DNA of 64,000 nt from Treponemataceae bacterium (lineage in GTDB: Bacteria; Spirochaetota; Spirochaetia; Treponematales; Rectinemataceae). Below the pieces are notes generated by a model. It was given only the letters and a program-made list of their open reading frames with translations, was not told the DNA's origin and made no database searches. Shown here piece after piece: positions 8,624 through 18,269 of the stretch; position 1 is the first letter of the stretch, and the number at the start of each line of letters is the position of its first letter. Position numbers and translations under genes: made by a program. Location of the stretch: the NCBI GenBank assembly GCA_963678065.2, contig CAXXVZ010000005.1, forward strand, positions 512,001 to 576,000, read 5' to 3'.

Positions 8624-10403
8624 GCTTCGCACCTGCCTTGGATATCGCCTTCTTGGGACAGACCTGGACGCAGACTTCGCAGCCGACGCACTGGGCCGGA
8701 TCGATCTTCACCTTCTTCGTCCCGGAATCGTACTGGAGAGCGGGACAGCCCGTGCGCACGCAGGCGCGGCAGCCGTTGCATTTTTCCTGGTCGACTTCGC
8801 AGGTTCCCATCCAGTCGCCGAACTCGGATTTGTCCTCGACCGAGAATTTCTTGAGCACGCAGGGCCAGCGAGTGATGATGACGACACTCTCGTTCTGCTG
8901 GAATGCCCAGTCGAAGGCCGCCTTCGTCTCGTCGAGCCTGTTCGGATTCACCGTCCGGACCTTATCGACGCCGAGGGCGCGCACGAGAGCCTCGAGGTCG
9001 ACGGCCTTGGTCGGCTCCCCTGAAAGCGTGTAGCCGGTGCCGGGATTGTCCTGATGGCCGGTCATGCCCGTGATCCTGTTGTCCAGGATGCAGGTCACGG
9101 TGTTCGACTTGTTGTAGACCGCCCCGAGGAGGCTGTTCATGCCGGTGTGGAAGAAGGTCGAGTCACCGATGACAGCGACGTTCCTCGTCGGGTCGCCGAA
9201 GCGTGTGAAGACCTTGGCCGCGCCGTGGGCCATACTCGCGCTCGCGCCCATGGCGACGCAGGTGTCGGCGGCGCTGAGAGGTGGAAGTCCCCCGAGCCCG
9301 TAGCAGCCGATGTCGCCGTTGATCATGATGTTTTTATACTTGCCGAGAACATGGAAGAAACCGCGGTGCGGGCATCCCGCGCAGAGAACGGGGGGACGGG
9401 CCACCAGGCCGGAAGTATCGGCGCCGACAAGGGTCGGTTCTTTGCCAAGAAGGGAGCGCGCGACGATCTCGGGGTCGAGCTCGCCCGTTGTCGGCAGAAG
9501 GCTCTTGCCCGTGCACTCGATGCCGGCTGCCTTGATCTGCTCCTCCATGAAGGGGTCGAGTTCCTCGACGACGTAGAGCTTCCCGACCTTCGCGGCGAAG
9601 TCGCGGATCTTCCGCATGGGGAGAGGATTCGTGAAACCGAGCTTGAGGTAGGAGGCTCCTTCCCCGAAGACTTCGCGGGCGTACTGGTAGGCGGCGCCCG
9701 CGGTCACGATGCCGATCGCGGGATCGTGCATCTCTTCGCGGTTGAGCTCTGTCCCGTTGGAGAACTCCTCGAGGGCAACGAGCTTCCTCTCGAGTGACTC
9801 GTGCAGCTTCCTGGACACGGCGGGTACGGCATAATACTTGTCGATATTGCGTGCGTAGGGTCGCTTCACCGCCTCGCGGACCTCGCCGGGAACGACGGGA
9901 GTCTTGCTGTGGCAGATGCGCGTCGTCATCCGGAAAAGGACGGGCATGTCGAAGCGCTCGCTCAGCTCATAGGCGTCGACGACCATGTCCTTGCACTCCT
10001 GGCTGTCGGAGGGCTCGACCATGGGCATTTTCCCGAATTTCGCATAATGCCGGTTATCCTGCTCGTTCTGCGAAGAGTGAAGCCCGGGTTCGTCGGCCGA
10101 GACAAGGACGAGTCCGCCGTTGATGCCTGTGTAGGCTATGGTCATGAGAGGATCGGCGGCGACATTCACGCCGACATGCTTCATCGCCGCGAAGGCCCTC
10201 GCGCCCGCGACCGAGGCTCCGAAAGCGGATTCCAGGGCGACCTTCTCGTTGACAGCCCACTCGGCCACGACTGCGCCGCCGTTTGCCGCGATATTCTCGA
10301 GTATTTCCGTGCTGGGAGTTCCCGGATAGGCGGCCGCGAAGGCGACGCCGGCCTCGAGCACCCCCCTCGCGACGGCCTCGTTTCCTGTCATCAGAATCTT
10401 CAT
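8616..10403 (-). CDS. iorA: Indolepyruvate:ferredoxin oxidoreductase alpha subunit
   Basis: GNEAVARG, YPGTPSTE, NEKVALE, CAGCPH, GDIGC, GDSTFFH and two C-terminal 4Fe-4S motifs. GGAGG lies 6 nt before ATG 10403. Confidence 0.95.
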   Translation of the reverse strand: MKILMTGNEAVARGVLEAGVAFAAAYPGTPSTEILENIAANGGAVVAEWAVNEKVALESAFGASVAGARAFAAMKHVGVNVAADPLMTIAYTGINGGLVLVSADEPGLHSSQNEQDNRHYAKFGKMPMVEPSDSQECKDMVVDAYELSERFDMPVLFRMTTRICHSKTPVVPGEVREAVKRPYARNIDKYYAVPAVSRKLHESLERKLVALEEFSNGTELNREEMHDPAIGIVTAGAAYQYAREVFGEGASYLKLGFTNPLPMRKIRDFAAKVGKLYVVEELDPFMEEQIKAAGIECTGKSLLPTTGELDPEIVARSLLGKEPTLVGADTSGLVARPPVLCAGCPHRGFFHVLGKYKNIMINGDIGCYGLGGLPPLSAADTCVAMGASASMAHGAAKVFTRFGDPTRNVAVIGDSTFFHTGMNSLLGAVYNKSNTVTCILDNRITGMTGHQDNPGTGYTLSGEPTKAVDLEALVRALGVDKVRTVNPNRLDETKAAFDWAFQQNESVVIITRWPCVLKKFSVEDKSEFGDWMGTCEVDQEKCNGCRACVRTGCPALQYDSGTKKVKIDPAQCVGCEVCVQVCPKKAISKAGAKHE

Positions 10404-10492
10404 CCACATCCTCCCGCCGCGGGACTCGGCCTGGTTCCCTCTTCTGTCAGAGGCGGAACCGGGACGGGCGGGCGCGGCAAACACCCTGTACA

Positions 10493-10508
10493 TGCAAGGA
10501 GCGTGCCA
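10493..10508 (-). promoter_or_regulatory. Sigma54 (-24/-12) promoter of the ior operon
   Basis: The minus strand reads TGGCACG-CTCC-TTGCA, a perfect match to TGGCACG-N4-TTGCW, about 90 nt upstream of iorA. Confidence 0.9.
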
Positions 10509-10791
10509 AGAATTGACGTGATTTGAGAAAGCCTAACTCGTTGCTGCAGAGGGATCGAGAAATGAACGGGAAAAAACCCAGATTGATTTTACTGCACCAA
10601 AAGGGTCTATTGGATTTTACGGTATCATATCTTGATCCCGTATACCCCGTAAATCAATATCTTTGCAGCGAGCTTGCAGGGTATGAAAACCATTCCCGAA
10701 TCGCGGCCCGATCATCGCATCGCCTGCTGGACAGACAGATATCGATGGTTTATCGTTTCGCATCATCGGCAGGAAGCGACAGGACACTACC

Positions 10792-11682
10792 ATGGCTGAC
10801 GGCGAGATACTCGAAAAGACAACCTACCAATTTCCTTCGTCGGTATATGATTCCGGCGGTTTTTTTCTCGGAGAATTCGAATATCTGTGGCATATCGAAG
10901 CATACGACATCACCTACATGAGCGACGGACTCCGCATAAAGGGTTTTTACGTCGTGCCCAAGGGGCGGGGACCGTATCCGTGCATCATATACAATCGCGG
11001 CGGGAACCGGGAGTTCGGCTCGATCGGAGCCTTGGCGATGGTGAATCTGCTCTGCCGTTTCGCAAGCTGGGGCTATCTGGTCGTCGCAAGTCAGTATCGG
11101 GGCGGATGCGGCAGCGAGGGGCACGACGAGTTTGGCGGCGCCGACCTGGCCGATGTTCTCAACCTTTTCCCCCTGCTCGATGGAGATGAGAACGCCGACT
11201 CCTCCAGGATAGGCATGTACGGTGGCAGTCGTGGTGGCATGATGACCTATCTGGCCCTGACGAAAACGAACCGCGTCAGGGCGGCCGTCATCCGCTGCGG
11301 AGTTTCCGATCTGACGACCTGGACCGACGACAGGAAGGATATGGAGGAGGTCTACAGGGATCTGATTCCAGACTTCGCCACGCAAAGCGAAGCGGCGCTC
11401 GAGCAAAGGAGCGCCGTATATTGGGCGGAAAAACTCTGCCCGACGACCCCGATACTGATAATACAGGGTACGGCCGACTGGCGGGTCAACCCGCTATCCG
11501 CCCTGCATATGGCCGGAAAGCTTTTGAGAATCCGGCATCCGTTCAGACTCGTGATGCTGGAAGGAGCCGATCACGCTTTGTCCGAATGCATCCCGGAGCG
11601 AAACAGGCAAACCCGGCAATGGTTTGACAGATTCGTACTGAATCGGGCCGCGCTTCCCGAGATGCTTCCCCACGGGGACTGA
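10792..11682 (+). CDS. S9-family (prolyl oligopeptidase-like) alpha/beta hydrolase
   Basis: IYNRGG, SQYRG, nucleophile GGSRGG, QGTADWRV and GADH motifs. Confidence 0.85.
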   Translation: MADGEILEKTTYQFPSSVYDSGGFFLGEFEYLWHIEAYDITYMSDGLRIKGFYVVPKGRGPYPCIIYNRGGNREFGSIGALAMVNLLCRFASWGYLVVASQYRGGCGSEGHDEFGGADLADVLNLFPLLDGDENADSSRIGMYGGSRGGMMTYLALTKTNRVRAAVIRCGVSDLTTWTDDRKDMEEVYRDLIPDFATQSEAALEQRSAVYWAEKLCPTTPILIIQGTADWRVNPLSALHMAGKLLRIRHPFRLVMLEGADHALSECIPERNRQTRQWFDRFVLNRAALPEMLPHGD

Positions 11683-11718
11683 TGTGACAGCGGGCGCCGC
11701 GGCAAAGGAGGCGCTCCC

Positions 11719-12774
11719 TCAGGATTCCCTGGCGGTATCGATAAAATCGGCGGCTATTCCCTCAGGAGGAAAACCGAGAAGGCTCGTATTGACCTTCAGA
11801 AAATATTCTCCGGCCGCAGCTTCGGGCATCAGGATGTTCTTCTTCCGCAATCCTTCCATAAATCGCGCATGACGTCCGGGATCGCTTCCCCTGTTGCTGA
11901 ATTTAAGACCGAAGATATTGCTTCCCCTCTGAATCCTGTCGACGAGAAAAACGCCGCTGTTCGCGAGCGCGTCGATCAAATCCTCCGAGATGCGGACGGC
12001 CTCGGAGAACTGGGCGTCAAAACTCTGCAACGATTCAAGCGCGAGGCTCGCGAATATCCAGGCCTGGTTCAGGCCTCCGCCGAACATCCGCCTCTCGTGG
12101 TATATCCCGTCGAGCAGATCGCCAGGTCCCGCGAGAACAGCTCCGGAAGGAGAGCCGAAATACTTGTACAGGGACACGTAGACGGTATCGAAGCTGGAGG
12201 CGTAGTCCCGCACCGCTACCTTCGTGTAGTGCGAGGCGATGAAGAGCCGCGCCCCGTCCAGGTGGGTCCCGATTTTCTTTTCTCGCGCCCAGGCCGTGAT
12301 CCGCAGCATTTCTCCATAGTCGAAAGTCTCGCCGTGGCAGCGCCGCACAGGATTCTCTATCGCCAGAGCCCCGACTCCGGTCTTCACCCTCGTCTGCAAT
12401 GCATCCGCATACGCGCTCCGGGCTTCTTCACACGTATACCCGGCGCGATGATGCCCCAATGGTATGAGGCTGAAACCGGAGAGCCTGGAAAGGGCGTCGC
12501 CCGAGTCCTGATACATGTGGCTTTGTTCCTGCACGAGGACGCGATCGCCCCTTTGCGCCAGAGCCCTGATGGCGAGGTGGTTTGCGAGGGTGCCCGTGGG
12601 CATGAAAACCGCCCGCTCCTTGCAAAGAAGGGCGGCCATCTCCGATTCGAGTTCCTCGATCTCTCCGCCTATCGAGTACGCGTCCTGTACGATACCCCGC
12701 TTCGCCGCCTTGCCCAGAGCCTCGGCTATTTCGCCACAGGAATATTCCGGCGCATCATACCTGAACGAAATCAT
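11719..12774 (-). CDS. Low-specificity threonine aldolase family PLP enzyme
   Basis: FMPTGTLANH, HLDGARL, VSLYK (PLP lysine) and RRMFGGG motifs. Confidence 0.85.
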   Translation of the reverse strand: MISFRYDAPEYSCGEIAEALGKAAKRGIVQDAYSIGGEIEELESEMAALLCKERAVFMPTGTLANHLAIRALAQRGDRVLVQEQSHMYQDSGDALSRLSGFSLIPLGHHRAGYTCEEARSAYADALQTRVKTGVGALAIENPVRRCHGETFDYGEMLRITAWAREKKIGTHLDGARLFIASHYTKVAVRDYASSFDTVYVSLYKYFGSPSGAVLAGPGDLLDGIYHERRMFGGGLNQAWIFASLALESLQSFDAQFSEAVRISEDLIDALANSGVFLVDRIQRGSNIFGLKFSNRGSDPGRHARFMEGLRKKNILMPEAAAGEYFLKVNTSLLGFPPEGIAADFIDTARES

Positions 12775-12778
12775 AGTC

Positions 12779-13531
12779 TCACTCCGCCTCGACGAAAGAA
12801 TGAAGGAATTTCAGGACATCGGCGGCCATCGCGTCCAGAATGACCCTCCCCTTCTCAGCGGTCGCGGCGAGCGGTTCGCCATTGATGCCGCTCACAGTCT
12901 TCATCGGACCTTTCAGGGTGATGAAAAGGGCGCCGGATTCGCTCCTCATATTCAGCAATTCCCGCGAGGCATCGTTCACAGCGCGGTCCAGATTGACAAG
13001 GTCCGGCCTGACCGCCAGCACGCAGGAAGTCTCGCTCTCGTCGCCGTGCCCGCCGCCCTTTTCGATACAGACCTGTTTCTTTTCTTTTTTCCCGAGCTCC
13101 GAAATATTCGTGACCGCGACCCGGACTCCGAGTTCGTTCGCGAGATCGTAGGACACGATAGCCAGCGGGCCTTGGGTGGAAACCCCTCCATCGAGGAGGA
13201 GAAACTTCTTCGCCCCGTGCCTCGCGTAGTTTCTCACGATGTCACTCACGAAATTGATGAAGTTGCCTGATCCTATGGAAACAGTTCCGGGCCAGTCGAC
13301 GAAGGCGGGGAAATAGGCATAGTTCAGGGTCGGGAGCATCAGGATCCCGGGGCCGGATTCCGCTGCGACGATACGCGCGATCTCGTCGATCACATACATG
13401 TCGGTTCCGAGCGGAAGGTGATAGCCATGCTCCTTCGTACCACCCGCGATGGGCAGCACGACTATGGCGTTCTGACCGAGGAGCATCTTCGCTTCCGGCC
13501 AGGATATTTCTGAAAGCTGTTTCGCCGCCAC
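12779..13531 (-). CDS. Creatininase (creatinine amidohydrolase) family protein
   Basis: KEHGYHLPLGTD, HGDESETS and ATAEKG motifs; GTG start. Confidence 0.85.
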   Translation of the reverse strand: MAAKQLSEISWPEAKMLLGQNAIVVLPIAGGTKEHGYHLPLGTDMYVIDEIARIVAAESGPGILMLPTLNYAYFPAFVDWPGTVSIGSGNFINFVSDIVRNYARHGAKKFLLLDGGVSTQGPLAIVSYDLANELGVRVAVTNISELGKKEKKQVCIEKGGGHGDESETSCVLAVRPDLVNLDRAVNDASRELLNMRSESGALFITLKGPMKTVSGINGEPLAATAEKGRVILDAMAADVLKFLHSFVEAE

Positions 13532-13532
13532 C

Positions 13533-14312
13533 TCAGGCCTCCCCGAGAATATTCTGAATCGTTCCGCCGAAAACCATACGGCGGTCTTCCTCGCTGCTCA
13601 TGGCCGAATACAAGAGATCGTATTCGGCGCCCTGCGGATTGGCTCCCCTTTTCGAGCCAAAAGGAATATCGGAGCCGAAGCAGATTCTCGACGCCCCGAG
13701 TTCAGCCAGAGCCGCCTTGAAGGTCGGAAGGTCCCTCACGGTCGAGGTCTCGAAATATACATTCTCGTATTTCCCGAGCGCCGCGACATTCTCCATGACA
13801 CACTTTCCCGTAAAAGGCTCGCATCGTCCCATGTGGGCGATTATCAGTTTGATGTCGGGAGCGATGGCGAGAATGGCTTCGGCGCTCTCGACTATCGCGC
13901 GAGTCGGAAAGTGAGCCACGAGCGGCAATCCGGTAGAGGCGATTTGCCTGTAAATCCGTTTTGAATCGAAGCGTTCCGGTTCCAGAAGGAAATGCTGCTT
14001 GAAGCCCCTGAACCCGCGCGAGGCCCAGGCACGTGGTTCGTCGTCGACGAGGGCGAAGGGGATGATTCTGTCCTTCCATTCCTTCCACGCGTCGAGAACG
14101 TAGGAATTGGCTTTTTCCGGATCGACCTCGGCCAGGGGAAAGGGGAAGACGACAGCCCTGTCGACTCCGTTTCGGCTCATGGAGTCCACGAGCTCGTCGC
14201 GGGTCTGGCACATTTTGTCCTGAAAGGCCGGCTTTTTTAGTTTTTCCGGCGATATCTCGCGGACAATGAACTCCATCAATCCAAGGTGGGTGTGGGCATC
14301 AATTATTTCCAA
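13533..14312 (-). CDS. Amidohydrolase_2 family metal-dependent hydrolase
   Basis: IDAHTH, GFKQH, IIAHMG, YFETS and FGSDIP motifs; TTG start. Confidence 0.85.
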   Translation of the reverse strand: MEIIDAHTHLGLMEFIVREISPEKLKKPAFQDKMCQTRDELVDSMSRNGVDRAVVFPFPLAEVDPEKANSYVLDAWKEWKDRIIPFALVDDEPRAWASRGFRGFKQHFLLEPERFDSKRIYRQIASTGLPLVAHFPTRAIVESAEAILAIAPDIKLIIAHMGRCEPFTGKCVMENVAALGKYENVYFETSTVRDLPTFKAALAELGASRICFGSDIPFGSKRGANPQGAEYDLLYSAMSSEEDRRMVFGGTIQNILGEA

Positions 14313-15195
14313 TTTTTTTCGTTCCCTTCCTTTTCAATTTAGGATCAAGGACGTCCCGCAAGGTATCGCCGATCAGAGTCCAGCCCAGAACGAAGGACAC
14401 TATCGCGATCGAGGGGAAGGTGTAGGTGTACCAGTAGTAGAGTGGCTGCCCCTCGATACCGAGAAGCCAATTCCTGGAAAAGTTGATCATCTGGCCCCAA
14501 TCGGCGAATCCGGGTTCGGCTCCGACTCCGATGAAACTCATGGAGGCCGCTATCAGCACGGTGACTCCGATATCGATGAAGGCGAGGACGAGGACAGGAA
14601 AAATCGAATTAGGCAGAACATGGAAGAGAAAATTTTTCCACTCGCTGACGCCGATGGTCCGCGCGGCAGTGACATAGTCCTTGTTCTTGATCGACAGGAC
14701 CTCGCTGCGCATAACCCGCGCGTACTGGCGCCATCCGAATATGATCAGCGCCAGTATCACTTTGTCCTGCCCTTTGCCGAGGACGATGCTGACGATTATG
14801 ACGGCGATGAGAAAGGGAAAACTCATGAACAGATCGGTTATCCGCATTATCACCATGTCGCAGGTCCCGCCGATGTAGGCGCCTATTCCGCCAAGAGCCA
14901 CGCCGATGAGCAAAGTTATCGACACGACGATAATGCCGACTCTGAAGGAATTTCTCGCACCCCAGACCATGCCGTAAAAAATATCGTAACCGCCGCCGGT
15001 GGTCCCCAGCACAGCCTTCGGCGAGGGAGGAGAGGGCAACGATGAGTAGCCGACCCTCCGCATCGAGTAGGGAGCATCCGGGTTCTTGGGCGCGGCGAGC
15101 ACTGGAGCAAGGAGGGCTATCACGGCCCAGAACAGGATGATGGCGATTCCCGCGGCCCCCAGGGGGTTTTTGAGTACCCTTTTCAGGTTATCCAT
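14299..15195 (-). CDS. Peptide/nickel ABC permease (DppC/OppC-like)
   Basis: LGTTGGGYD, DYVTAARTIG EAA loop, HVLPN and GDTLRDVLDP motifs. Confidence 0.92.
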   Translation of the reverse strand: MDNLKRVLKNPLGAAGIAIILFWAVIALLAPVLAAPKNPDAPYSMRRVGYSSLPSPPSPKAVLGTTGGGYDIFYGMVWGARNSFRVGIIVVSITLLIGVALGGIGAYIGGTCDMVIMRITDLFMSFPFLIAVIIVSIVLGKGQDKVILALIIFGWRQYARVMRSEVLSIKNKDYVTAARTIGVSEWKNFLFHVLPNSIFPVLVLAFIDIGVTVLIAASMSFIGVGAEPGFADWGQMINFSRNWLLGIEGQPLYYWYTYTFPSIAIVSFVLGWTLIGDTLRDVLDPKLKRKGTKKIGNN

Positions 15196-16234
15196 TCTTG
15201 CCCTCGAAGCTGATAGTAGGATCAAGGATGACATACAGGATGTCTATCAACAGGTTGGTTATGATGATCACAATGCCTATCATCAGCGAAAACCCCAGGA
15301 TGGCCGGGAAATCCAGGCCCTGAGCCGCGTCGACGATGAAGGTACCCATGCCCCTGAAATTGAAGACCGTCTCGATGATCACGGCGCCGCCCAGCATGCG
15401 GGCGACTATTCCCCCAGCGACCGTTATGACCGGCAAAAGGGCGTTGTGCCGCGCGTGCCTGTTGATGACGACTTTTTCCGAAAGCCCCTTCGCCCTCGCG
15501 GTCAGGACATATTCTTTGCCGAGGGTTTCGAGGAGGGAGGATCGCATCAGCCGGAGGATTGTCGACAGAAGACCCAGGGAATACGCGATGGAGGGCAGGA
15601 TCAGGTGACGCAGCGCATCAAGGAAAACCGGAATGTTCCAGTTCAGGAGACCGTCCACCGTATTCATGCCGGTAAACCGTCTGAACGAACCCGAATACAC
15701 AATATCCTCCGCCCACAGGCTCAGGCGTCCCGGAGGGAACCATCCCAGCACCGCATAAAAAAGAACGAGCAGCAGTAGTCCGAAAATGAACTCGGGCAGA
15801 GACAGCGCGAAAATCGTCATCACTCGCGCGATCTGGTCGGGTGCGCGGTTGTGCCGCACCGCCGTGTAGGTCCCGAGCGATATGCCTCCGAAAAACACGA
15901 TGACGAAGCCGCAGAACATGAGTTCGATGGTAGCTGGAAAGTTCTTGGCGATGGCCTCGCTCACAGGCATCCTGGACGAAGGCGACCAGCCCAGATTCCC
16001 TTTCAGCACCTCGCCGAGCCAGTTCCAGTATTGCACGTAGAAGGGCTGGTCGAGGCCGTAGCGGGTAATCAGCTCCTCGAAGGACACAGTGGCGGAGGCC
16101 GATTCGAGATTCGGGATGAAGACGGCCAGCCTCTCGTAAGGGCTGAGAAACATGACCAGGGAAAATATGAGTACGGAGAGCACCAAAAGCAGCACCGGCA
16201 GAAAGGCCAGTCGTTTCAGAATGTATGCGAGCAT
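15188..16234 (-). CDS. Peptide/nickel ABC permease (DppB/OppB-like)
   Basis: YILKRL, GLDQP, HLILP, YVLTARAKGL and ILDP motifs. Confidence 0.92.
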   Translation of the reverse strand: MLAYILKRLAFLPVLLLVLSVLIFSLVMFLSPYERLAVFIPNLESASATVSFEELITRYGLDQPFYVQYWNWLGEVLKGNLGWSPSSRMPVSEAIAKNFPATIELMFCGFVIVFFGGISLGTYTAVRHNRAPDQIARVMTIFALSLPEFIFGLLLLVLFYAVLGWFPPGRLSLWAEDIVYSGSFRRFTGMNTVDGLLNWNIPVFLDALRHLILPSIAYSLGLLSTILRLMRSSLLETLGKEYVLTARAKGLSEKVVINRHARHNALLPVITVAGGIVARMLGGAVIIETVFNFRGMGTFIVDAAQGLDFPAILGFSLMIGIVIIITNLLIDILYVILDPTISFEGKNG

Positions 16235-16268
16235 CGTTTGTCACCGTGGAGCCGGCCGGGAGCGGTCA

Positions 16269-16325
16269 GGCCAGGTCGGGATTCCCCAACCCGGCCACGT
16301 CAGGTCGGGATTCCCCGACCTGACG
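16269..16325. repeat. Tandem duplicated GC-rich hairpin between the binding-protein and permease genes
   Basis: CAGGTCGGGATTCCCC occurs at 16272 and 16301. The second copy forms a perfect 12-bp stem (16298-16309 with 16314-16325); the first is degenerate. Confidence 0.8.
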
Positions 16326-16358
16326 GCTCCATTCATCCTTATGCGTTATGAAGACCAG

Positions 16359-18131
16359 TCACTTGCTGAGCTGCGAATAGTCGATATTGGTCGGCTGCAT
16401 CCTGGGAACATAGCCCTTCAGCCAGCTCCTGTAGGCCACATTTTCGGTGACCTGGTAGTGCAGGATCGCGGGGACGAATTCGTAATCGAGGCGCTGGAGT
16501 TTATAGGATGCTTCCTTGCGCTTCACCGGATCGTATTCGCTGCCCACGATCTCGACGAGACTATCGAATTCCTTCTTCGCGTATTCGACGTAGCCGCCAC
16601 GCTCGGCATAGCCGCCGGCGGAATGCATGTGCTCGAAGAGCGGGAAGTAGGGGTCGAAAATGTCGGGAAGAATGCCGAGGAGGGAGAGGGGCACGGTCCG
16701 CTGTCCGATGGCTCCGACATAGCCCGCGAAGGGCAGGGAAGCCAGCTCCATCTTGAACTTCGGATTGAGGCTCTCGAGGTTGTCCTTGAGGATCTCGAGC
16801 GCAACCTGTCTCTGCTTGGAACCGGTCGAGTACACCATGGTCATCTTGAAGCCCTGGGCCCAGAGTTTTCCATCCCAGGCCTTCTGCAGGTATTCCTTGG
16901 CTTTCGCGAGATCGTGCGTGTACTGGGGATTGTCGGGATTCGCGGTCGGGAAGCCGATGAGGACAGGCCCGTAGGGTTTCTGGGCAAAGCCGCCCATGGC
17001 GCTGTTGATGAAGGCCTCGTAGTCGAAGGCGTAGGCGAGCCCCTTGCGGACATTGATATCGGAGAAGAAGTTCGGGGGAATGCCGTTCGGTCCGAGCTTT
17101 CCGTCGCCGATGTACGGGCTCTGCGGCGCGATGTCCATGACGAAATTCATTTTCATGAGCCAGGCCGAGGGAATGTTGGTTTTCAGTTCGACGCCGGAAA
17201 CGCCCTTGAGCTGCTGGATGTCGCTGACCCCCACGGCCACGAAATCGACGTCACCCGCCTTGAGGAGGAGGATGCCGGTCTGGACATCTTTGATGAAACG
17301 GATCACCACTCTCGGGATCTGGGGAGCTCCCTGCCAGGAATCAGGGAAGGCCTCGAACACAAGACGTTCGCCGGCCTCCCAGGCGACGAATCGGTAGGTG
17401 CCGGTGCCATTCATCTTCTTGAACAGCTTGTCGTCTTCCAGCTTCAGGCCGATGAATTTGGACGCGGTCTCCTTCGTTCCCGGCCAGTCACCCTGAGCGA
17501 CGCACCAGGCTTTCGAGAATATGCCGGCCGAACTGCCCTTGTCGGCCATGAGTTCCAGGAAGGGCACGAAGGGATTCAGGAGGTTGAAGGTCACGCTGTC
17601 CTTTGTCGCGACGATGGAATTATCGAGCTTCTGGTAGGCCGCGTCGAAACCGACAGCCTTGACGAGGTCAGAGAAGGAGTTGGCGTCGAGAAGGTTGAGG
17701 CAGAGCATCCTGATCACAGCCGTCTGGCCGCCGACGAGCATGCCGCGTTTGAAGGTGTAGGCGACATCCTCCGGCTCCAGGATATCCCCTGAGTGGAATT
17801 TTACGTTTTTCCGGATGGGGAAGGTGATTTTCGTCGACTTGTTGGCCGCAACCTTGATCAATCCGTTCTCCAGCGAAGGAACGGCCGTTGCCAAAGCGGG
17901 GACAAGCTTGGTCGAATCGGCTTTGTCGTGGGAGAGCAATGAATCATAGACATTGAGCGAAAGTTCCATGGTCGCGGAGGCGACCATGAAGTGGGGGTCG
18001 AGTGAATCGGGGGTGTTAAGTGTAGCCTTGACGAATGTTCCCGGATTTTTCACCTGAGCGGACAGTCCCGCGGAACCGCAGAGAATGACGAGACACACGA
18101 TGAGAAAAGACAGTTTTCTCGCTGCCGACAT
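16359..18131 (-). CDS. Peptide/nickel ABC substrate-binding protein (family 5)
   Basis: Signal peptide; SLDP, VYDSL, PALAT, VKFHSG..L..EDV.Y and GTGTY motifs. Confidence 0.92.
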   Translation of the reverse strand: MSAARKLSFLIVCLVILCGSAGLSAQVKNPGTFVKATLNTPDSLDPHFMVASATMELSLNVYDSLLSHDKADSTKLVPALATAVPSLENGLIKVAANKSTKITFPIRKNVKFHSGDILEPEDVAYTFKRGMLVGGQTAVIRMLCLNLLDANSFSDLVKAVGFDAAYQKLDNSIVATKDSVTFNLLNPFVPFLELMADKGSSAGIFSKAWCVAQGDWPGTKETASKFIGLKLEDDKLFKKMNGTGTYRFVAWEAGERLVFEAFPDSWQGAPQIPRVVIRFIKDVQTGILLLKAGDVDFVAVGVSDIQQLKGVSGVELKTNIPSAWLMKMNFVMDIAPQSPYIGDGKLGPNGIPPNFFSDINVRKGLAYAFDYEAFINSAMGGFAQKPYGPVLIGFPTANPDNPQYTHDLAKAKEYLQKAWDGKLWAQGFKMTMVYSTGSKQRQVALEILKDNLESLNPKFKMELASLPFAGYVGAIGQRTVPLSLLGILPDIFDPYFPLFEHMHSAGGYAERGGYVEYAKKEFDSLVEIVGSEYDPVKRKEASYKLQRLDYEFVPAILHYQVTENVAYRSWLKGYVPRMQPTNIDYSQLSK

Positions 18132-18269
18132 CCCTTACCTCCAAAAAAAAGATTGTGCTGTACAAGCAAAAAGACGTCTGCTACTATACAACGCAACATT
18201 CCGGAATGCCAGTCTGAATGCATAAGTTTTTTTGTTAACTATATATATCTCTTTTCCCTGGAGCGATAT

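Noticed and set aside
18192..18212. TGGCA...TTGC on the minus strand as a second sigma54 promoter
   Set aside because: The GG-to-GC spacing is 14 nt rather than the required 10.
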